This document shows, one piece after another, positions 9,359 through 19,280 of a stretch of DNA of 64,000 bases (within the stretch, counting starts at the first letter, position 1; every line of letters begins with the position of its first letter). The stretch is from the NCBI GenBank assembly GCA_046758745.1, contig JBHIAV010000005.1:40778-104777 (forward strand). The letters run 5' to 3'. The position numbers and the translations under genes are program-made. The notes beneath the pieces are model-generated. The model did no database searches. It was given only the letters and a program-made list of their open reading frames with translations, and was not told where the DNA came from. Source of the stretch: Gemmatimonadota bacterium (GTDB taxonomy: Bacteria > Gemmatimonadota > Gemmatimonadetes > Palauibacterales > Palauibacteraceae).

Positions 9359-9760
9359 TCAACCGCCGGCGGCGGGGCGGAGACGAGCGATGAGCTCCAC
9401 CTCCACCCGGGCGTCGCGCGGAAGCCTCGCCGACTGCACGGCCGAGCGAGCCGGGTACGGCTCCTCGAACGCCTCTGCGTACACCTCGTTCACCGCCGCG
9501 AACTCGTCCATGTCGGCCAGGTACACCGTCGTCTTGACGACGTCTCGGAAGCCGAGCCCGGCGGCGCGAAGCACCGCGTCGAGGTTTCGGAACAGCTGGC
9601 GGGCCTGGCTCACCACATCCGGACCGGCCATCTTTCCGGTAGCCGGATCGATCCCGATCTGTCCGGCGGCGAAAAGGTACCCCCCGGCGATGATGCCCTG
9701 CGAGTACGGACCGAGGGCGGCCGGCGCCCCCTTCGTGTGAACTGCTCTCGTGTCCGTCAC
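9359..9760 (-). CDS. ridA: RidA/YjgF family deaminase
   Basis: APAALGPYSQG, AGQIG, VVKTTVYL, PARS, VEVE motifs. Confidence 0.92.
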   Translation of the reverse strand: MTDTRAVHTKGAPAALGPYSQGIIAGGYLFAAGQIGIDPATGKMAGPDVVSQARQLFRNLDAVLRAAGLGFRDVVKTTVYLADMDEFAAVNEVYAEAFEEPYPARSAVQSARLPRDARVEVELIARLRPAAGG

Positions 9761-9880
9761 CTCGCTTCCTCTCCGTCCGGTTCGGTCCGCACGGGGGCCG
9801 AGCGCGGCCCTCCGCCGCGCGCGTGGGAATGTCGCGGCGGCGCGTCGCCGAGCCGCCGGCGCGTGTGAGCTTCCGGACCT

Positions 9881-11545
9881 CTAAAAAAGCCCCTCGATCC
9901 GTCCGTCCGGGTGCACACGCATCGCCTCTGCTGCGGGTCGGGCCGGCAGCCCGGGCATCGTCAACACGTCGCCCGTGAGCGCCACCACGAACCCCGCGCC
10001 CGCCGAGAGTCGAAGCTCGCGCACGGTGACCTCGAAGTCACACGGCCGGCCGTGCAGAGCCGGATTGTCGCTGAGCGAGTATTGGGTCTTGGCGACGCAC
10101 ACCGGAAGGTCCCCATAGCCCGCCGCCACGAAGCGCGTCACCGCTCGCTCGGCGGCGGGGAGCATGTTGATGCCGCGTGCACCATACGCCCGGGTGGCGA
10201 TGGTTTCCAGCTTCTCGGCGAGCGGCACCTCGAGCGGATAGAGGGGCCGGAAATCGGCACCGTCATCCTCCAGAAGCTGGAGGAGACGAGCGGCCAGGGA
10301 CTCGCCCCCCTCACCCCCCCGCGCCCACACATCCGCCGTTTCGCACGGAGCGCCGGCCTCCTTGCACAGCTCGGTCACCGCGGTCAGCTCCTGCTCGGAA
10401 TCGGAGGCGAAGCGGTTCACCGCGACGATGGTGGGCACGCCGAACTGCTTCACGTTCTCGATGTGGTGAAGCAGGTTCGGGAAGCCCGCCCGCACGGCTT
10501 CCGGGTTCGGGTGGGTCAGCTCCGCGGCCGGAAGGCCCGCGTGTCGTTTCAGCGCGCGTATCGTGGCCACGACGACTGCAGCGTGGGGCGTCAGCTTACC
10601 GGTGCGGCACTTGATGTCGAAGAATTTCTCCGCCCCCAGCTCGGAGGCGAAGCCCGCCTCGGTCACCACGATATCTCCGAGCGTCAGCGCCGCACGCGTC
10701 GCGATCAGGGAGCTGCACCCATGCGCGATGTTGGCGAATGGCCCGCCGTGCACGAAGGCGGGTCCCCCCTCCAGCGTCTGCACCAGATTCGGAGCCAGCG
10801 CGTCCCGCATGAGGAGCGCCATGGCGCCGCTCACCTTCAGCTCGGCGGCCGACACGAGCGTGCCGTCGGATCGCACCCCGAGCACGATGCGTGCGAGCCG
10901 CTCCTCGAGGTCTCGCAGGTCGGTCGCAAGGCAGAAGATCGCCATCACCTCGGACGCCGCGGTGATGGTGAACCTCTCCTCGCGGGGGACACCGTTCAGC
11001 GCACCGCCCAGACCGACCACCACCCGGCGTAGGGCTCTGTCGTTCATGTCGGTCGCTCGTTGCCACTGGATGCGCCGCGGATCGATCCCGAGCGAGTTCC
11101 CACGGTGGAGGTTGTTGTCGAGCGCCGCGGAGAGAAGGGAGTTGGCCGCCGTGATCGCGTGGAAGTCCCCGGTGAAGTGGAGGTTGATCTCCTCCATCGG
11201 GAGCACCTGGGAATACCCACCCCCGGCCGCCCCACCCTTCATCCCGAACACCGGGCCGAGCGACGGTTCCCGCAGGCAGAGAACCGCGTTTCGGCCGAGC
11301 CGGCGAAGGGCCTGTACGAGTCCGACCGAGACCGTGGATTTTCCCTCCCCGGCCGGCGTCGGCGTCATGGCGGTCACGAGGACCAGCCTGGCTGTGGGCT
11401 TTCGGGCGAGCAGAGTCTCGAGGTCGACCTTGGCGACGTAGTGTCCGTACAGCCGGAGCTCTGCCTCTCCGAGCCCCAGCTCTTCGGCGACCTCTCGGAT
11501 CGGCCGCAGGGTGGCGCACTGCGCGATCTCGATGTCCGTCGGCAT
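9881..11545 (-). CDS. fhs: Formate--tetrahydrofolate ligase
   Basis: TPTPAGEGKST, REPSLGP, KGGAAGGGYSQ, HGGPFANIAHG, KTQYSLSD, MPGLP. Confidence 0.98.
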   Translation of the reverse strand: MPTDIEIAQCATLRPIREVAEELGLGEAELRLYGHYVAKVDLETLLARKPTARLVLVTAMTPTPAGEGKSTVSVGLVQALRRLGRNAVLCLREPSLGPVFGMKGGAAGGGYSQVLPMEEINLHFTGDFHAITAANSLLSAALDNNLHRGNSLGIDPRRIQWQRATDMNDRALRRVVVGLGGALNGVPREERFTITAASEVMAIFCLATDLRDLEERLARIVLGVRSDGTLVSAAELKVSGAMALLMRDALAPNLVQTLEGGPAFVHGGPFANIAHGCSSLIATRAALTLGDIVVTEAGFASELGAEKFFDIKCRTGKLTPHAAVVVATIRALKRHAGLPAAELTHPNPEAVRAGFPNLLHHIENVKQFGVPTIVAVNRFASDSEQELTAVTELCKEAGAPCETADVWARGGEGGESLAARLLQLLEDDGADFRPLYPLEVPLAEKLETIATRAYGARGINMLPAAERAVTRFVAAGYGDLPVCVAKTQYSLSDNPALHGRPCDFEVTVRELRLSAGAGFVVALTGDVLTMPGLPARPAAEAMRVHPDGRIEGLF

Positions 11546-11603
11546 CCCCTCCCCTTCCTCCTCCTCTCCTACTGGTCGAACCGGTCAGGCTCGAGCTGTC
11601 GCC

Positions 11604-12653
11604 TCACGCGCGGGATCTCGCCGAGGCGGGCCCCCGCCGTCCGACGCCGGCGGTCTCCTCCGCCGGGCAGCCCGCTATGAGCTCACCCCGGGTGACGGGG
11701 ACGGCGCCCAGGCGAGATACCTCGATCCCGGCCGCGTGGTTCGCCAGAGCGGCGGCGGCGGGCACGGGCGCGCCGCCCGCGAGCAGCACCGCCAGCGTGG
11801 CGGTCACCGTGTCGCCCGCCCCGGTGACATCGAACACCTCCCGCGCGCGGGACGGAATGGCCAGCGGCGCCGGGTCGTCGCGCGTGAGCAGGAGCATGCC
11901 CCCCTCACCGAGAGTGAGGAGGAGGTGGTCGCACGCCAGGCGTTCCGCCACTCCCCGCAGCACCTCCGCCGCGCGCGGAACCCGCTCCACGCCGAGGGCC
12001 GCCGCCAGCTCCCTCCCGTTGGGCTTTACGAGGAACGCCCCGCGGTAGTCGAAGAAGTGCCGGCGCTTCGGATCGACCAGGGCCGGGATCCCGCGTGTCC
12101 GGGCCTCCGCGAGCAACCGAACCGCGAGGCCAGGCTCGAGGACTCCCTTGTCGTAGTCCTCCAGCACCACGGCGTCGGCCCATCCCAGCGCGCCAAGGGC
12201 CCGCGCGGCAAGCTCCTCCCGAGTGGCGGCGCCGATGGACGAGGTCGTCTCCCGGTCCACCCGAAGCATCTGCTGATGCTTGGCGAGGATCCGCGTCTTG
12301 ATCGTCGTCGGCCGGCCACGCTCCACCACTAGGTCATCGCTCCCGATCCCGTGCGCACCCAGCCCCTCGCGGATGAGCTCGGCTTCCGCGTCGGACCCGG
12401 TGACCGACACGAGGCGGCAGGCGGCCCCCAGGGCGGTAACTCCCGCAGCCACGTTCGCCGCCCCGCCGAGGGCGGTGCGCTCCTCCGCCACGCGAACGAC
12501 GGGGACCGGCGCCTCGGCCGAGATCCGCTCGACCGTTCCGCTCACGTAGCGATCCAGCATGCTGTCGCCTACGACGAGAACGCGTGCTCCGTCCGCGGCA
12601 TCCAGAAAGCGGCGGGCCTCATCGGAACCAACGAGATGGGCGTCCGGTCGCAC
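11604..12653 (-). CDS. rfaE1: D-glycero-beta-D-manno-heptose-7-phosphate kinase (stand-alone RfaE domain I)
   Basis: VVGDSMLDRY, RISAEAPVPVV, LGGAANVA, DYDKG, DVTGAGDT. Confidence 0.93.
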   Translation of the reverse strand: MRPDAHLVGSDEARRFLDAADGARVLVVGDSMLDRYVSGTVERISAEAPVPVVRVAEERTALGGAANVAAGVTALGAACRLVSVTGSDAEAELIREGLGAHGIGSDDLVVERGRPTTIKTRILAKHQQMLRVDRETTSSIGAATREELAARALGALGWADAVVLEDYDKGVLEPGLAVRLLAEARTRGIPALVDPKRRHFFDYRGAFLVKPNGRELAAALGVERVPRAAEVLRGVAERLACDHLLLTLGEGGMLLLTRDDPAPLAIPSRAREVFDVTGAGDTVTATLAVLLAGGAPVPAAAALANHAAGIEVSRLGAVPVTRGELIAGCPAEETAGVGRRGPASARSRA

Positions 12654-12835
12654 CTCGCTTCACCTTGCGCCGAAGATGGGGCCTCGGTAACCTGCGCGAG
12701 TCCTTCCGGCCCGGTCCCGGTGCCGTAACGTGTTGCCCCGCAACGGGCTGTACGATGGAGCGGACCGAAGGCCGAATTCGGGCGCGAAGATAGCCGGGAT
12801 CCGAGAGAGAGTCAAAAGGCCCGCCGAAACAGCTC

Positions 12836-13666
12836 ATGAGCTCCGCGACGCCCGGCCCGGCACCGATCGCCTTCGCCAACGAGACGCTGAAAGGGTGGGC
12901 CTTTCACACCCAGGAATACATCGGCCTGCTGGGTCGAACTCTTCGCGCCTGTGTCTCGCGGCCCTTCTATTTCCGCGACCTCACGATTCAGATGGACGTC
13001 ATCGGGGTCGGCTCGATCATGATCGTCCTCCTCACGGGGCTCTTCACCGGGATGGTGTTGGCCCTTCAGTCGGCCGTCGAAATGGAGCAGTTTGGCGCGG
13101 AGATCTACATCGGACGGCTGGTGGGAGCGAGCGTGGTACGCGAGCTCGGCCCGGTGCTTACCGCGCTCATGGTCACCGGTCGGGCGGGATCCGGGATGGC
13201 TGCGGCGATCGGCGCCATGGTGGTGACGGAGCAGGTCGACGCGCTGTACACGATCGGCGTCGATCCCGTGCGCAAGCTCGTCGTTCCGCGCTTCCTGGCC
13301 GGGCTCATCATGCTGCCGATTCTGACCATGATCACGGACGTCGTGGCGGTCTTCGGCGGTTTGATCATTGCCCTCTTCAAGATCGGTCTCACCTTCGACC
13401 TGTACATGCGGTCGGTGTACCTCACCCTGGCGGAGACCGGGTTCATACTCCGGTACATCCCCATCGACCTCATCTCCGGCCTGCTGAAGCCGATCTGGTT
13501 CGGAGCGATAATGGCCCTCACCGGCTCCTACTACGGCCTGAGCACGACCGGTGGAACCGAGGGCGTCGGGCGGGCGACCACCCGCGCCGTGGTGACCGCT
13601 TCGGTGCTGATCCTGGCGTTCGACTACTTCCTCACACAGATCCTCATAGTCCTGCTGATAGAGTGA
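12836..13666 (+). CDS. mlaE: MlaE-family ABC permease
   Basis: VRELGPVLTAL, GRAGSG.AA.IG.M..TEQ.DAL, GVGRATTRAVV. Confidence 0.93.
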   Translation: MSSATPGPAPIAFANETLKGWAFHTQEYIGLLGRTLRACVSRPFYFRDLTIQMDVIGVGSIMIVLLTGLFTGMVLALQSAVEMEQFGAEIYIGRLVGASVVRELGPVLTALMVTGRAGSGMAAAIGAMVVTEQVDALYTIGVDPVRKLVVPRFLAGLIMLPILTMITDVVAVFGGLIIALFKIGLTFDLYMRSVYLTLAETGFILRYIPIDLISGLLKPIWFGAIMALTGSYYGLSTTGGTEGVGRATTRAVVTASVLILAFDYFLTQILIVLLIE

Positions 13667-14505
13667 AGGCGCGAGGACTCGGAGACAGCGGCGAGCTGCG
13701 GCGCGAAGTTCGCGCCATGGTGCGGAAGGAGCTGGGGCTAGCGGTCGAAGACGACCGCCCCTCCACCCCCGCGGGCGAGGTCGTCATCGAGCTGCAGGAC
13801 GTGTGGCTGGCCTATCCGGACAATCCGGTTCTCCGTGGCATCAGCCTTCAGCTCCTCCGAGGAGAGACCCTGTGCGTCCTGGGGGGCTCCGGCGCCGGCA
13901 AGTCTACGATCCTGCGCCTCATCCTGGGCCTCACCAAGCCGGACGCCGGGGAGATCGTCGTCGATGGCTTGGTGCTCGCGCACGCTTCGCTCGAACAGGT
14001 CCTGGAGACGCGACGAAAGATCGGAATGGTGTTCCAGGGCGCCGCGCTTTTCGACTCCCTGTCGGTGTACGACAACGTCGCCTTCTATCTTCACGAGCAC
14101 ACCAGCCTGGAGGAGGAGGTGATCGCGGAGTGCGTGCGCGAGGCGCTCGATTTCGTGGATCTGGACACGGACGTGATCCGCGAGCTCCTGCCGGCGGAGC
14201 TGTCGGGTGGCATGAAGAAGCGTGTCGGAATCGCCCGAGCGATCATCCACCGACCGGAGATTCTCCTTTTCGACGAGCCCACCAGCGGGCTGGATCCGAT
14301 CACCACCCACACGATCAACGAGCTGGTTCGCAAGCTCCAGCGTGAGATGCGTGTAAGTTCGGTCGTGGTCACGCACGACATTCGATCGGCCTTCCGCATC
14401 GCCAACCGGGTCGCTCTATTGTTCAACGGAGAGATCATCTTCATGGGGAGCCCGGAGGAGATGGTGGGGTCGGAGGAAGAGTATGTGCGGGCATTCCTTC
14501 GCTGA
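13663..14505 (+). CDS. mlaF: MlaF-family ABC ATP-binding protein
   Basis: GGSGAGKS, LSGGMKKRV, LLFDEPT, VVTHD. GTG at 13663 overlaps the mlaE stop (GTGA). Confidence 0.92.
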   Translation: MKARGLGDSGELRREVRAMVRKELGLAVEDDRPSTPAGEVVIELQDVWLAYPDNPVLRGISLQLLRGETLCVLGGSGAGKSTILRLILGLTKPDAGEIVVDGLVLAHASLEQVLETRRKIGMVFQGAALFDSLSVYDNVAFYLHEHTSLEEEVIAECVREALDFVDLDTDVIRELLPAELSGGMKKRVGIARAIIHRPEILLFDEPTSGLDPITTHTINELVRKLQREMRVSSVVVTHDIRSAFRIANRVALLFNGEIIFMGSPEEMVGSEEEYVRAFLR

Positions 14506-14607
14506 GGGACCGGGCCGCGGGTTCCGGCCCGGCGGTTTCCGCGAAGCGCTGCCCGTCGGCGCGGTCCCCCTCGATTCGCACCGCCGGTCCCGACTTCGGA
14601 GGGGAGG

Positions 14608-15588
14608 ATGAGACGCGGGACGAGGGTGACGTGGGAGCAGGTGCGCACCGGAGTCGTGCTCATTCTCGGCTTCGCGGTTCTTGCCGTCGGAGTCGTCTTC
14701 ATCGGACAGACGGGCCACGTGTTCGGCGAGCGCTATCGCCTCGTCACCCTCATGCACAGCGCGGCCGGTCTCGTCCCGGGCGCCGCCGTGCAGCTGGCCG
14801 GCCAGAACGTCGGCCAGGTGGACGCGGTGGAGCTCATCGAGCCGGACCGGCGGCCGGAGAGTGGCGAGGCGGTTGCCGTGTGGCTGGCCATCAACCGGGA
14901 GGTGCAGACCCAGATCCGACGCGATTCGCAGGCCCGGGTCCGCACACAGGGCCTCCTCGGGGATCGGATCATCGACATCCGGCCGGGGACCTCCGCGGCC
15001 CGAGTGCTTCGCGAAGGCGACACACTGACGGCGGCCAGCGCACTCGATGTGGATCGACTCTTCGAAGAAGGGGCGGCTGCCGTCAGCGGGCTCTCCGAGG
15101 TGGCGAACAACCTGGCGGACCTCACGCGTCGCCTGCTGGCAGGTGAAGGCTCGCTCGGCCAACTCGTGGTGGACGACGCGCTCTACCGGCGGATGGTCGA
15201 CCTCTCCGCCTCCCTCGACACCCTGGTCGAGGTCACGGCGAATGAGAACACGACCTTCGGTCGGTTGCTGCGGGACGACGCGCTGTACCGCGCGCTCCTC
15301 GGCGCCGTGGCGGCCTTCGACACCCTTACGGCGAACATCGCGAGCGGAGAGGGTACGCTCGGCCGCATGCTGATGTCCGATTCCCTGTACGTGGTCCTGC
15401 ACTCGGTGGTCGCGCGATCCGACTCCCTGCTCGCATCACTCCAGAGCGGGAAAGGGTCGGCGGGGCGCCTCCTCTCAGACGAGCGACTCTACGAGGAGCT
15501 CCTCCGCACCGTCGTCGAGCTCAACAACATCCTCGCCGAGCTTCGCGAGGAGCCGCGCCGCTACATCCCACCGGTAAAGGTCTTCTGA
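14608..15588 (+). CDS. mlaD: MlaD/MCE-family protein with a long helical C-terminus
   Basis: N-terminal TM; MCE motifs GL..GA.V..AG..VGQV and QGLLGDRIIDI.PG; repeated G.G..G.L..D..LY units. Confidence 0.9.
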   Translation: MRRGTRVTWEQVRTGVVLILGFAVLAVGVVFIGQTGHVFGERYRLVTLMHSAAGLVPGAAVQLAGQNVGQVDAVELIEPDRRPESGEAVAVWLAINREVQTQIRRDSQARVRTQGLLGDRIIDIRPGTSAARVLREGDTLTAASALDVDRLFEEGAAAVSGLSEVANNLADLTRRLLAGEGSLGQLVVDDALYRRMVDLSASLDTLVEVTANENTTFGRLLRDDALYRALLGAVAAFDTLTANIASGEGTLGRMLMSDSLYVVLHSVVARSDSLLASLQSGKGSAGRLLSDERLYEELLRTVVELNNILAELREEPRRYIPPVKVF

Positions 15589-15647
15589 GGACAACCCGCA
15601 CCTGCCCTCGGTGACGCGCGGCGCAGGCGCGTTCGGCGCTCCTCGTC

Positions 15648-16112
15648 CTACGAGCCTCGAGGCACTTCGGCCGCCGGCCGCGGTGCTTCCTCCGACGCGG
15701 GGCTGGCGTGTATGATCCGACGCCCCTGAAATGCGGTGGCGAGAAGGATGATGGCGGTGGCCGCTGCGACGATCGTCGTTAGGCTGCCCAGGAGCCTGCC
15801 ACCCCGGTACAGCCAGCCGGCTGCTGTCACTCCGCTCGCCAGGGCGCCGAGAAGCGCCCACAGGCCCAGCTCCTCGTGCTCCTCGATCGCCGCCTCGGCC
15901 GCGTACCACAAGGACCCGACCGTCTCCTCCGCCTGACGGCCGGTGATGTACACGACAGGAGCGGTCAGCCCGGCGAGAACGAGGGAGATCGCCCCATAGC
16001 GCATCAGACTATCTCGGCCCGATGCTTTTCCGGCCCCCATCGCGACCGCGCCGACGATCGCCAGGATGATGGGGAAGTGGTTGGTGACCAGATGGAGGTA
16101 GGGCCAGTTCAT
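15648..16112 (-). CDS. Membrane protein, DUF2231-like (conserved His, possible heme ligands)
   Basis: HL.TNHFPI, ITG..AE, IEEHEE, GRRIIH pattern with 4 TM segments. Confidence 0.65.
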   Translation of the reverse strand: MNWPYLHLVTNHFPIILAIVGAVAMGAGKASGRDSLMRYGAISLVLAGLTAPVVYITGRQAEETVGSLWYAAEAAIEEHEELGLWALLGALASGVTAAGWLYRGGRLLGSLTTIVAAATAIILLATAFQGRRIIHASPASEEAPRPAAEVPRGS

Positions 16113-16166
16113 CGGGGATTTCCCATCGCCGACGGCGAGGCCATCGCCGCCAGGCACGGGGGTCGG

Positions 16167-16661
16167 CTAACGCTTGCCGTCGCCGTTGGGCCCGACGAGG
16201 TCGTGCAGCGTCATGAACGCCGTGATCCGGTACCGGATCGACCCACCGGGGAGGGTCACGGTGACCTCCTCTCCGACCCGGCGGCCGAGCAGCGCGCGTC
16301 CGATCGGCGAGGCCATCGAGATCTCGGACTTGTCGAAGTCGATGTAGTCGCCGAAGGCGAGTGTGAAGCTCTCCTCGGTGCGGCCATCGAGGTCGATCAC
16401 TCGGACCTGAGAGCCGAAGCCCACGCGATCCGCAGGAATCTGCTCGAGATCGATCTCGGCCAGCTCGGAGAGACGGCGCGAGATGTGGTCGAGGCGGGCC
16501 CGCACGAGCTGTTGCCGCTCGAGCGCGGCCGAGTATTCCGAGTTCTCGCGGAGATCGCCCTGTCCGACCGCCCTCTCGATTTCGGCGGGCAGTACGACCT
16601 TCAGCTCGTGCAGGAGTCGCTCGGACTCCTCGCTCAGTCGCTCCCTCAACCGATCCAGCAC
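16167..16661 (-). CDS. greA: Transcription elongation factor GreA family
   Basis: GDLRENSEY acidic tip, VGFGSQV, ISMASPIGRALLG. AAGGGAG RBS before GTG at 16661. Confidence 0.92.
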   Translation of the reverse strand: MLDRLRERLSEESERLLHELKVVLPAEIERAVGQGDLRENSEYSAALERQQLVRARLDHISRRLSELAEIDLEQIPADRVGFGSQVRVIDLDGRTEESFTLAFGDYIDFDKSEISMASPIGRALLGRRVGEEVTVTLPGGSIRYRITAFMTLHDLVGPNGDGKR

Positions 16662-16755
16662 GGTGGTTTCTCCCTTGATCGGCGGCCGCGCCTCGCGCTC
16701 ACGTGGGGAGCGAGGCGGGCCCACCCACCCCTCCCACGCACGGAAGGAACTCGAG

Positions 16756-16794
16756 AAAAAAATCGCCGCGCGGAACTCGGCGAGCCCCGCGCGA
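16756..16794 (-). terminator. Intrinsic terminator after tmRNA
   Basis: Minus-strand stem CGCGCGGGGCTC-GCC-GAGTTCCGCGCG followed after GCGA by a run of 7 T. Confidence 0.75.
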
Positions 16795-16802
16795 CATGGT
16801 GA

Positions 16803-17169
16803 TGGAGGTGCCGGGAATTGCACCCGGGTCCGCGAACCCATCGATCGCAGTCGCTACGTGCGTAGTCGGAGATTCAATCTCGTCGGAGTCGGGCTCACCG
16901 ACGGCCCGTCACCGACCAGCCGCTATCGGCTTTACGCCATCTCGCCCCCTGCGCGCGCGGCACGCGCTGCGGGCCAGCCCGATTCTTCGACGCCCGCCGG
17001 CCCGCCTCGGGCCCGGCAGATCGACGGACGGACTACGTCAACTTTCGTTACGCAGCCAGTGCCAAGTTATCGTTGGCAGATGTTGTTTTTCCCGGTGTTT
17101 CGCGAGGTTCCGAGCACCTCGGCACGCTACCACGACCTCAGGAGAACACGTCGAATCTGATTCACCCCC
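16803..17169 (-). ncRNA. ssrA: tmRNA
   Basis: 5' GGGGGTGAATCAGATTCGAC pairs with 3' CACCTCC-A (G3-U pair); T arm CCGGG TGCAATT CCCGG; tag ORF 17077-17048 GCC AAC GAT AAC TTG GCA CTG GCT GCG TAA = ANDNLALAA. CCA is not encoded directly after the discriminator. Confidence 0.96.
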
Positions 17170-17232
17170 AGGTTATCAAGCAGCCTTCATCGCCTGAGGC
17201 CCTCGAGGGGGCCCCGGGCACACTCTTGCACA

Positions 17233-17811
17233 CTAGGAACCATTGATTGTTCCGTCAATCGGCCCGTCCGACCGAGGCCCCGTGCCGAGGGCGCTCCCGC
17301 GGCCGCTCGCCTGCACCCGGGCCCGGTACAGGGCGCGCAGGTGGCGAAGCGCCGGGCCGAGCGCCGGACGGACGGACGGCCCCGGGGGCCCTTCGAAGGA
17401 TATGCAAAGAACGCGCCCGGGCCCGGCCGGCCCACCGACCAGGGACCAGCCGACGCCGGAGCCGAAGAGGTCCTCCGAGGAGAGCTGCAGGAGGAGCCCC
17501 TCCCGGAGCGACCAGGTGAACGGGTGGCCCGCCGCCTCCAGGGCGCATCCACCCAGCGATGCCGTCCGCTCTGTCCGTGTCTCCCGCTCGACGACCCACA
17601 CCTCCCCTTCCAGCAACCACACCGCGATCCGTGCCGCGGCGAACGCCACGCGAAGGGCATCCAGAAAGCTCTCGAGGGGCGTGGCCTCTTCCCCCGCCCC
17701 GGAGAGCCCGGAGGGGATATCGGTCAGCGAGCGGGCCCGCTCTTCGTCAGAAAACGAGTTCCGGAGGCGCGACCACCAATCGGAGAGCCAGCGTCTCGGC
17801 CGATGAATCAA
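17233..17811 (-). CDS. Hypothetical protein, possible degenerate GAF-like domain
   Basis: TTG start overlaps the larB stop (TTGA). Alpha/beta pattern (ARIAVWLL, HPFTWSLREG, VLCISF) loosely GAF-like. Confidence 0.55.
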   Translation of the reverse strand: MIHRPRRWLSDWWSRLRNSFSDEERARSLTDIPSGLSGAGEEATPLESFLDALRVAFAAARIAVWLLEGEVWVVERETRTERTASLGGCALEAAGHPFTWSLREGLLLQLSSEDLFGSGVGWSLVGGPAGPGRVLCISFEGPPGPSVRPALGPALRHLRALYRARVQASGRGSALGTGPRSDGPIDGTINGS

Positions 17812-18575
17812 TCGCAGGACGCGAGGTGTTGGTTGATACGGGTGGCGGCGCAGGCGGCTCCATATCCGTTGTCGATGTTCACCACGGTGAGGCCGGGCGC
17901 GCAGGAGGTGAGCATGGTGAGGAGCGGCGTGAAGCCGCGGAGTGCGGCTCCGTATCCGCGACTGGTGGGCAACGCGATGACCGGCGTCGGAACCATCCCC
18001 GCAACCACCGAGGGGAGAGCGCCGTCCATCCCGGCGGCGACGATGATCACCGCGGCCCGGCGCAGCTCGTCCTGGAGCGTCAGGATGCGATGGAGTCCGG
18101 CCACGCCGACGTCCAGCCGCACATCGACGGGATTGCCGTACGCCCGCGCGGCCACCCGAGCCTCCTCCGCTATGGGCAGATCGGATGTGCCAGCCGTCAG
18201 GATCAGCACGCGGCCGCGCACGTTGGGCGGGGTATCCTCCTTTGCCGGGAGGTGCGCGATGCGACCGGTTGGCGAGACCTCGATCCCGGGAAACTCACTC
18301 CGCAGCGCCCGGAGCTGTGGGTCTGTCGCCCTCGTCGCGAGAAAGCCCTCGCCCCGCCCGGCGAGTCCCGCGCAGATATCCAGCAGCTGAGCCGTCGTCT
18401 TCCCCTCGCACAACACGGCCTCCGGGTGCCCTAGACGGAGGGCACGGTGATGGTCGAGCTCGGCGAATCCGAGCTTCTCCGTGGGGAAGCCATCGAGCTC
18501 GGCCAGCACCTCATCGCACCCGATACCACCCGTCGCGAGCCGTTCGAGAAGACGACTCAATCGCTCTCGTCGCAC
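17808..18575 (-). CDS. larB: Nickel-pincer cofactor biosynthesis carboxylase LarB (PurE-like)
   Basis: LDHHR..R.G.PE.V..EGKT, AGTSDLP.AEEA, DVGVAGLHR, AGMDGAL, PTS.GYG, MLTSCAPG..VVNIDNG. GTG at 18575. Confidence 0.92.
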   Translation of the reverse strand: MRRERLSRLLERLATGGIGCDEVLAELDGFPTEKLGFAELDHHRALRLGHPEAVLCEGKTTAQLLDICAGLAGRGEGFLATRATDPQLRALRSEFPGIEVSPTGRIAHLPAKEDTPPNVRGRVLILTAGTSDLPIAEEARVAARAYGNPVDVRLDVGVAGLHRILTLQDELRRAAVIIVAAGMDGALPSVVAGMVPTPVIALPTSRGYGAALRGFTPLLTMLTSCAPGLTVVNIDNGYGAACAATRINQHLASCD

Positions 18576-18675
18576 TATGCCTCGCCCGTGTCTGTCTGGT
18601 CGCCCGGTCCGTCGGCGGAGCGCCTCCGCCGGTTGGGTGCAAGGTGGGATCCGCCGGCGTGCTACGCCAGCCCTT

Positions 18676-18705
18676 TTGACACGTTTTCGCGGCCCTGGAT
18701 ATACT
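18676..18705 (+). promoter_or_regulatory. Sigma70-type promoter for the ptsN operon
   Basis: TTGACA (18676-18681), 18-nt spacer, TATACT (18700-18705), in a divergent intergenic region. Confidence 0.7.
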
Positions 18706-18823
18706 GCGTGCGAGTCTCTTCCCGGAGGTGGCCGGGGCGACTCCCGGGGCGGCCCGGGAGCGAAACGATCATGCACATCCGTGGGGGTCGACCCGATCCC
18801 CTTGTCATAAGGAGATGGCTGAC

Positions 18824-19276
18824 ATGCAGCTGCGGGATTTCTTCTCCGAGAATGCGATCAATCTGGACCTCAAGGCGCAGACCAAAGACGGCGTCCTCAA
18901 GGAGCTCGTACGCCTGTTCGATCTGGACGAGAAGTCCGAGGGTATCCTCTTCAAGATGCTCAAGCGGCGTGAGAACCTCGGTTCGACGGGAATCGGGAAA
19001 GGGATCGCCATCCCCCATTGTCGATCGCTGGTCGTCAACAGGCTGCGCGTCGCCTTCGGACGTCACAGCGCCGGGATCGACTTCAAGGCGATCGACAAGA
19101 AACCGGTCCACCACATCTTCCTGATCGTCGCCCCTCCGCTCGAAGTCTCCAACCAGTATCTGCCCGTGCTCGGGAAGATCGCCCAGTTCGGCAAGGAGTC
19201 CGACATTCCGGAGCGCCTGACGCGGATTGACAAGCCCTCGCAGTTTCTGGAGCTGCTTCAGGAGAAGGGGGTCTGA
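18824..19276 (+). CDS. ptsN: PTS EIIA component, Ntr/fructose-mannitol type
   Basis: RRE.LGSTGIGKGIAIPHCR (phospho-His), GIDF.AID.KPV. AAGGAG RBS. Confidence 0.88.
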   Translation: MQLRDFFSENAINLDLKAQTKDGVLKELVRLFDLDEKSEGILFKMLKRRENLGSTGIGKGIAIPHCRSLVVNRLRVAFGRHSAGIDFKAIDKKPVHHIFLIVAPPLEVSNQYLPVLGKIAQFGKESDIPERLTRIDKPSQFLELLQEKGV

Positions 19277-19280
19277 CCGC

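Noticed and set aside
7566..9362. Long murI fusion ORF (598 aa), and similar long N-terminal extensions of btuD, ribE, metK and mlaF in the ORF track
   Set aside because: The extensions run through other genes or the tRNA in off-frames. Better starts with an RBS or coupling overlap lie next to the conserved domains.
9100..17300. Integrative element at selC or ssrA (common att sites)
   Set aside because: No integrase, no duplicated tRNA/tmRNA 3' end and no compositional shift were seen; the flanks are housekeeping genes.
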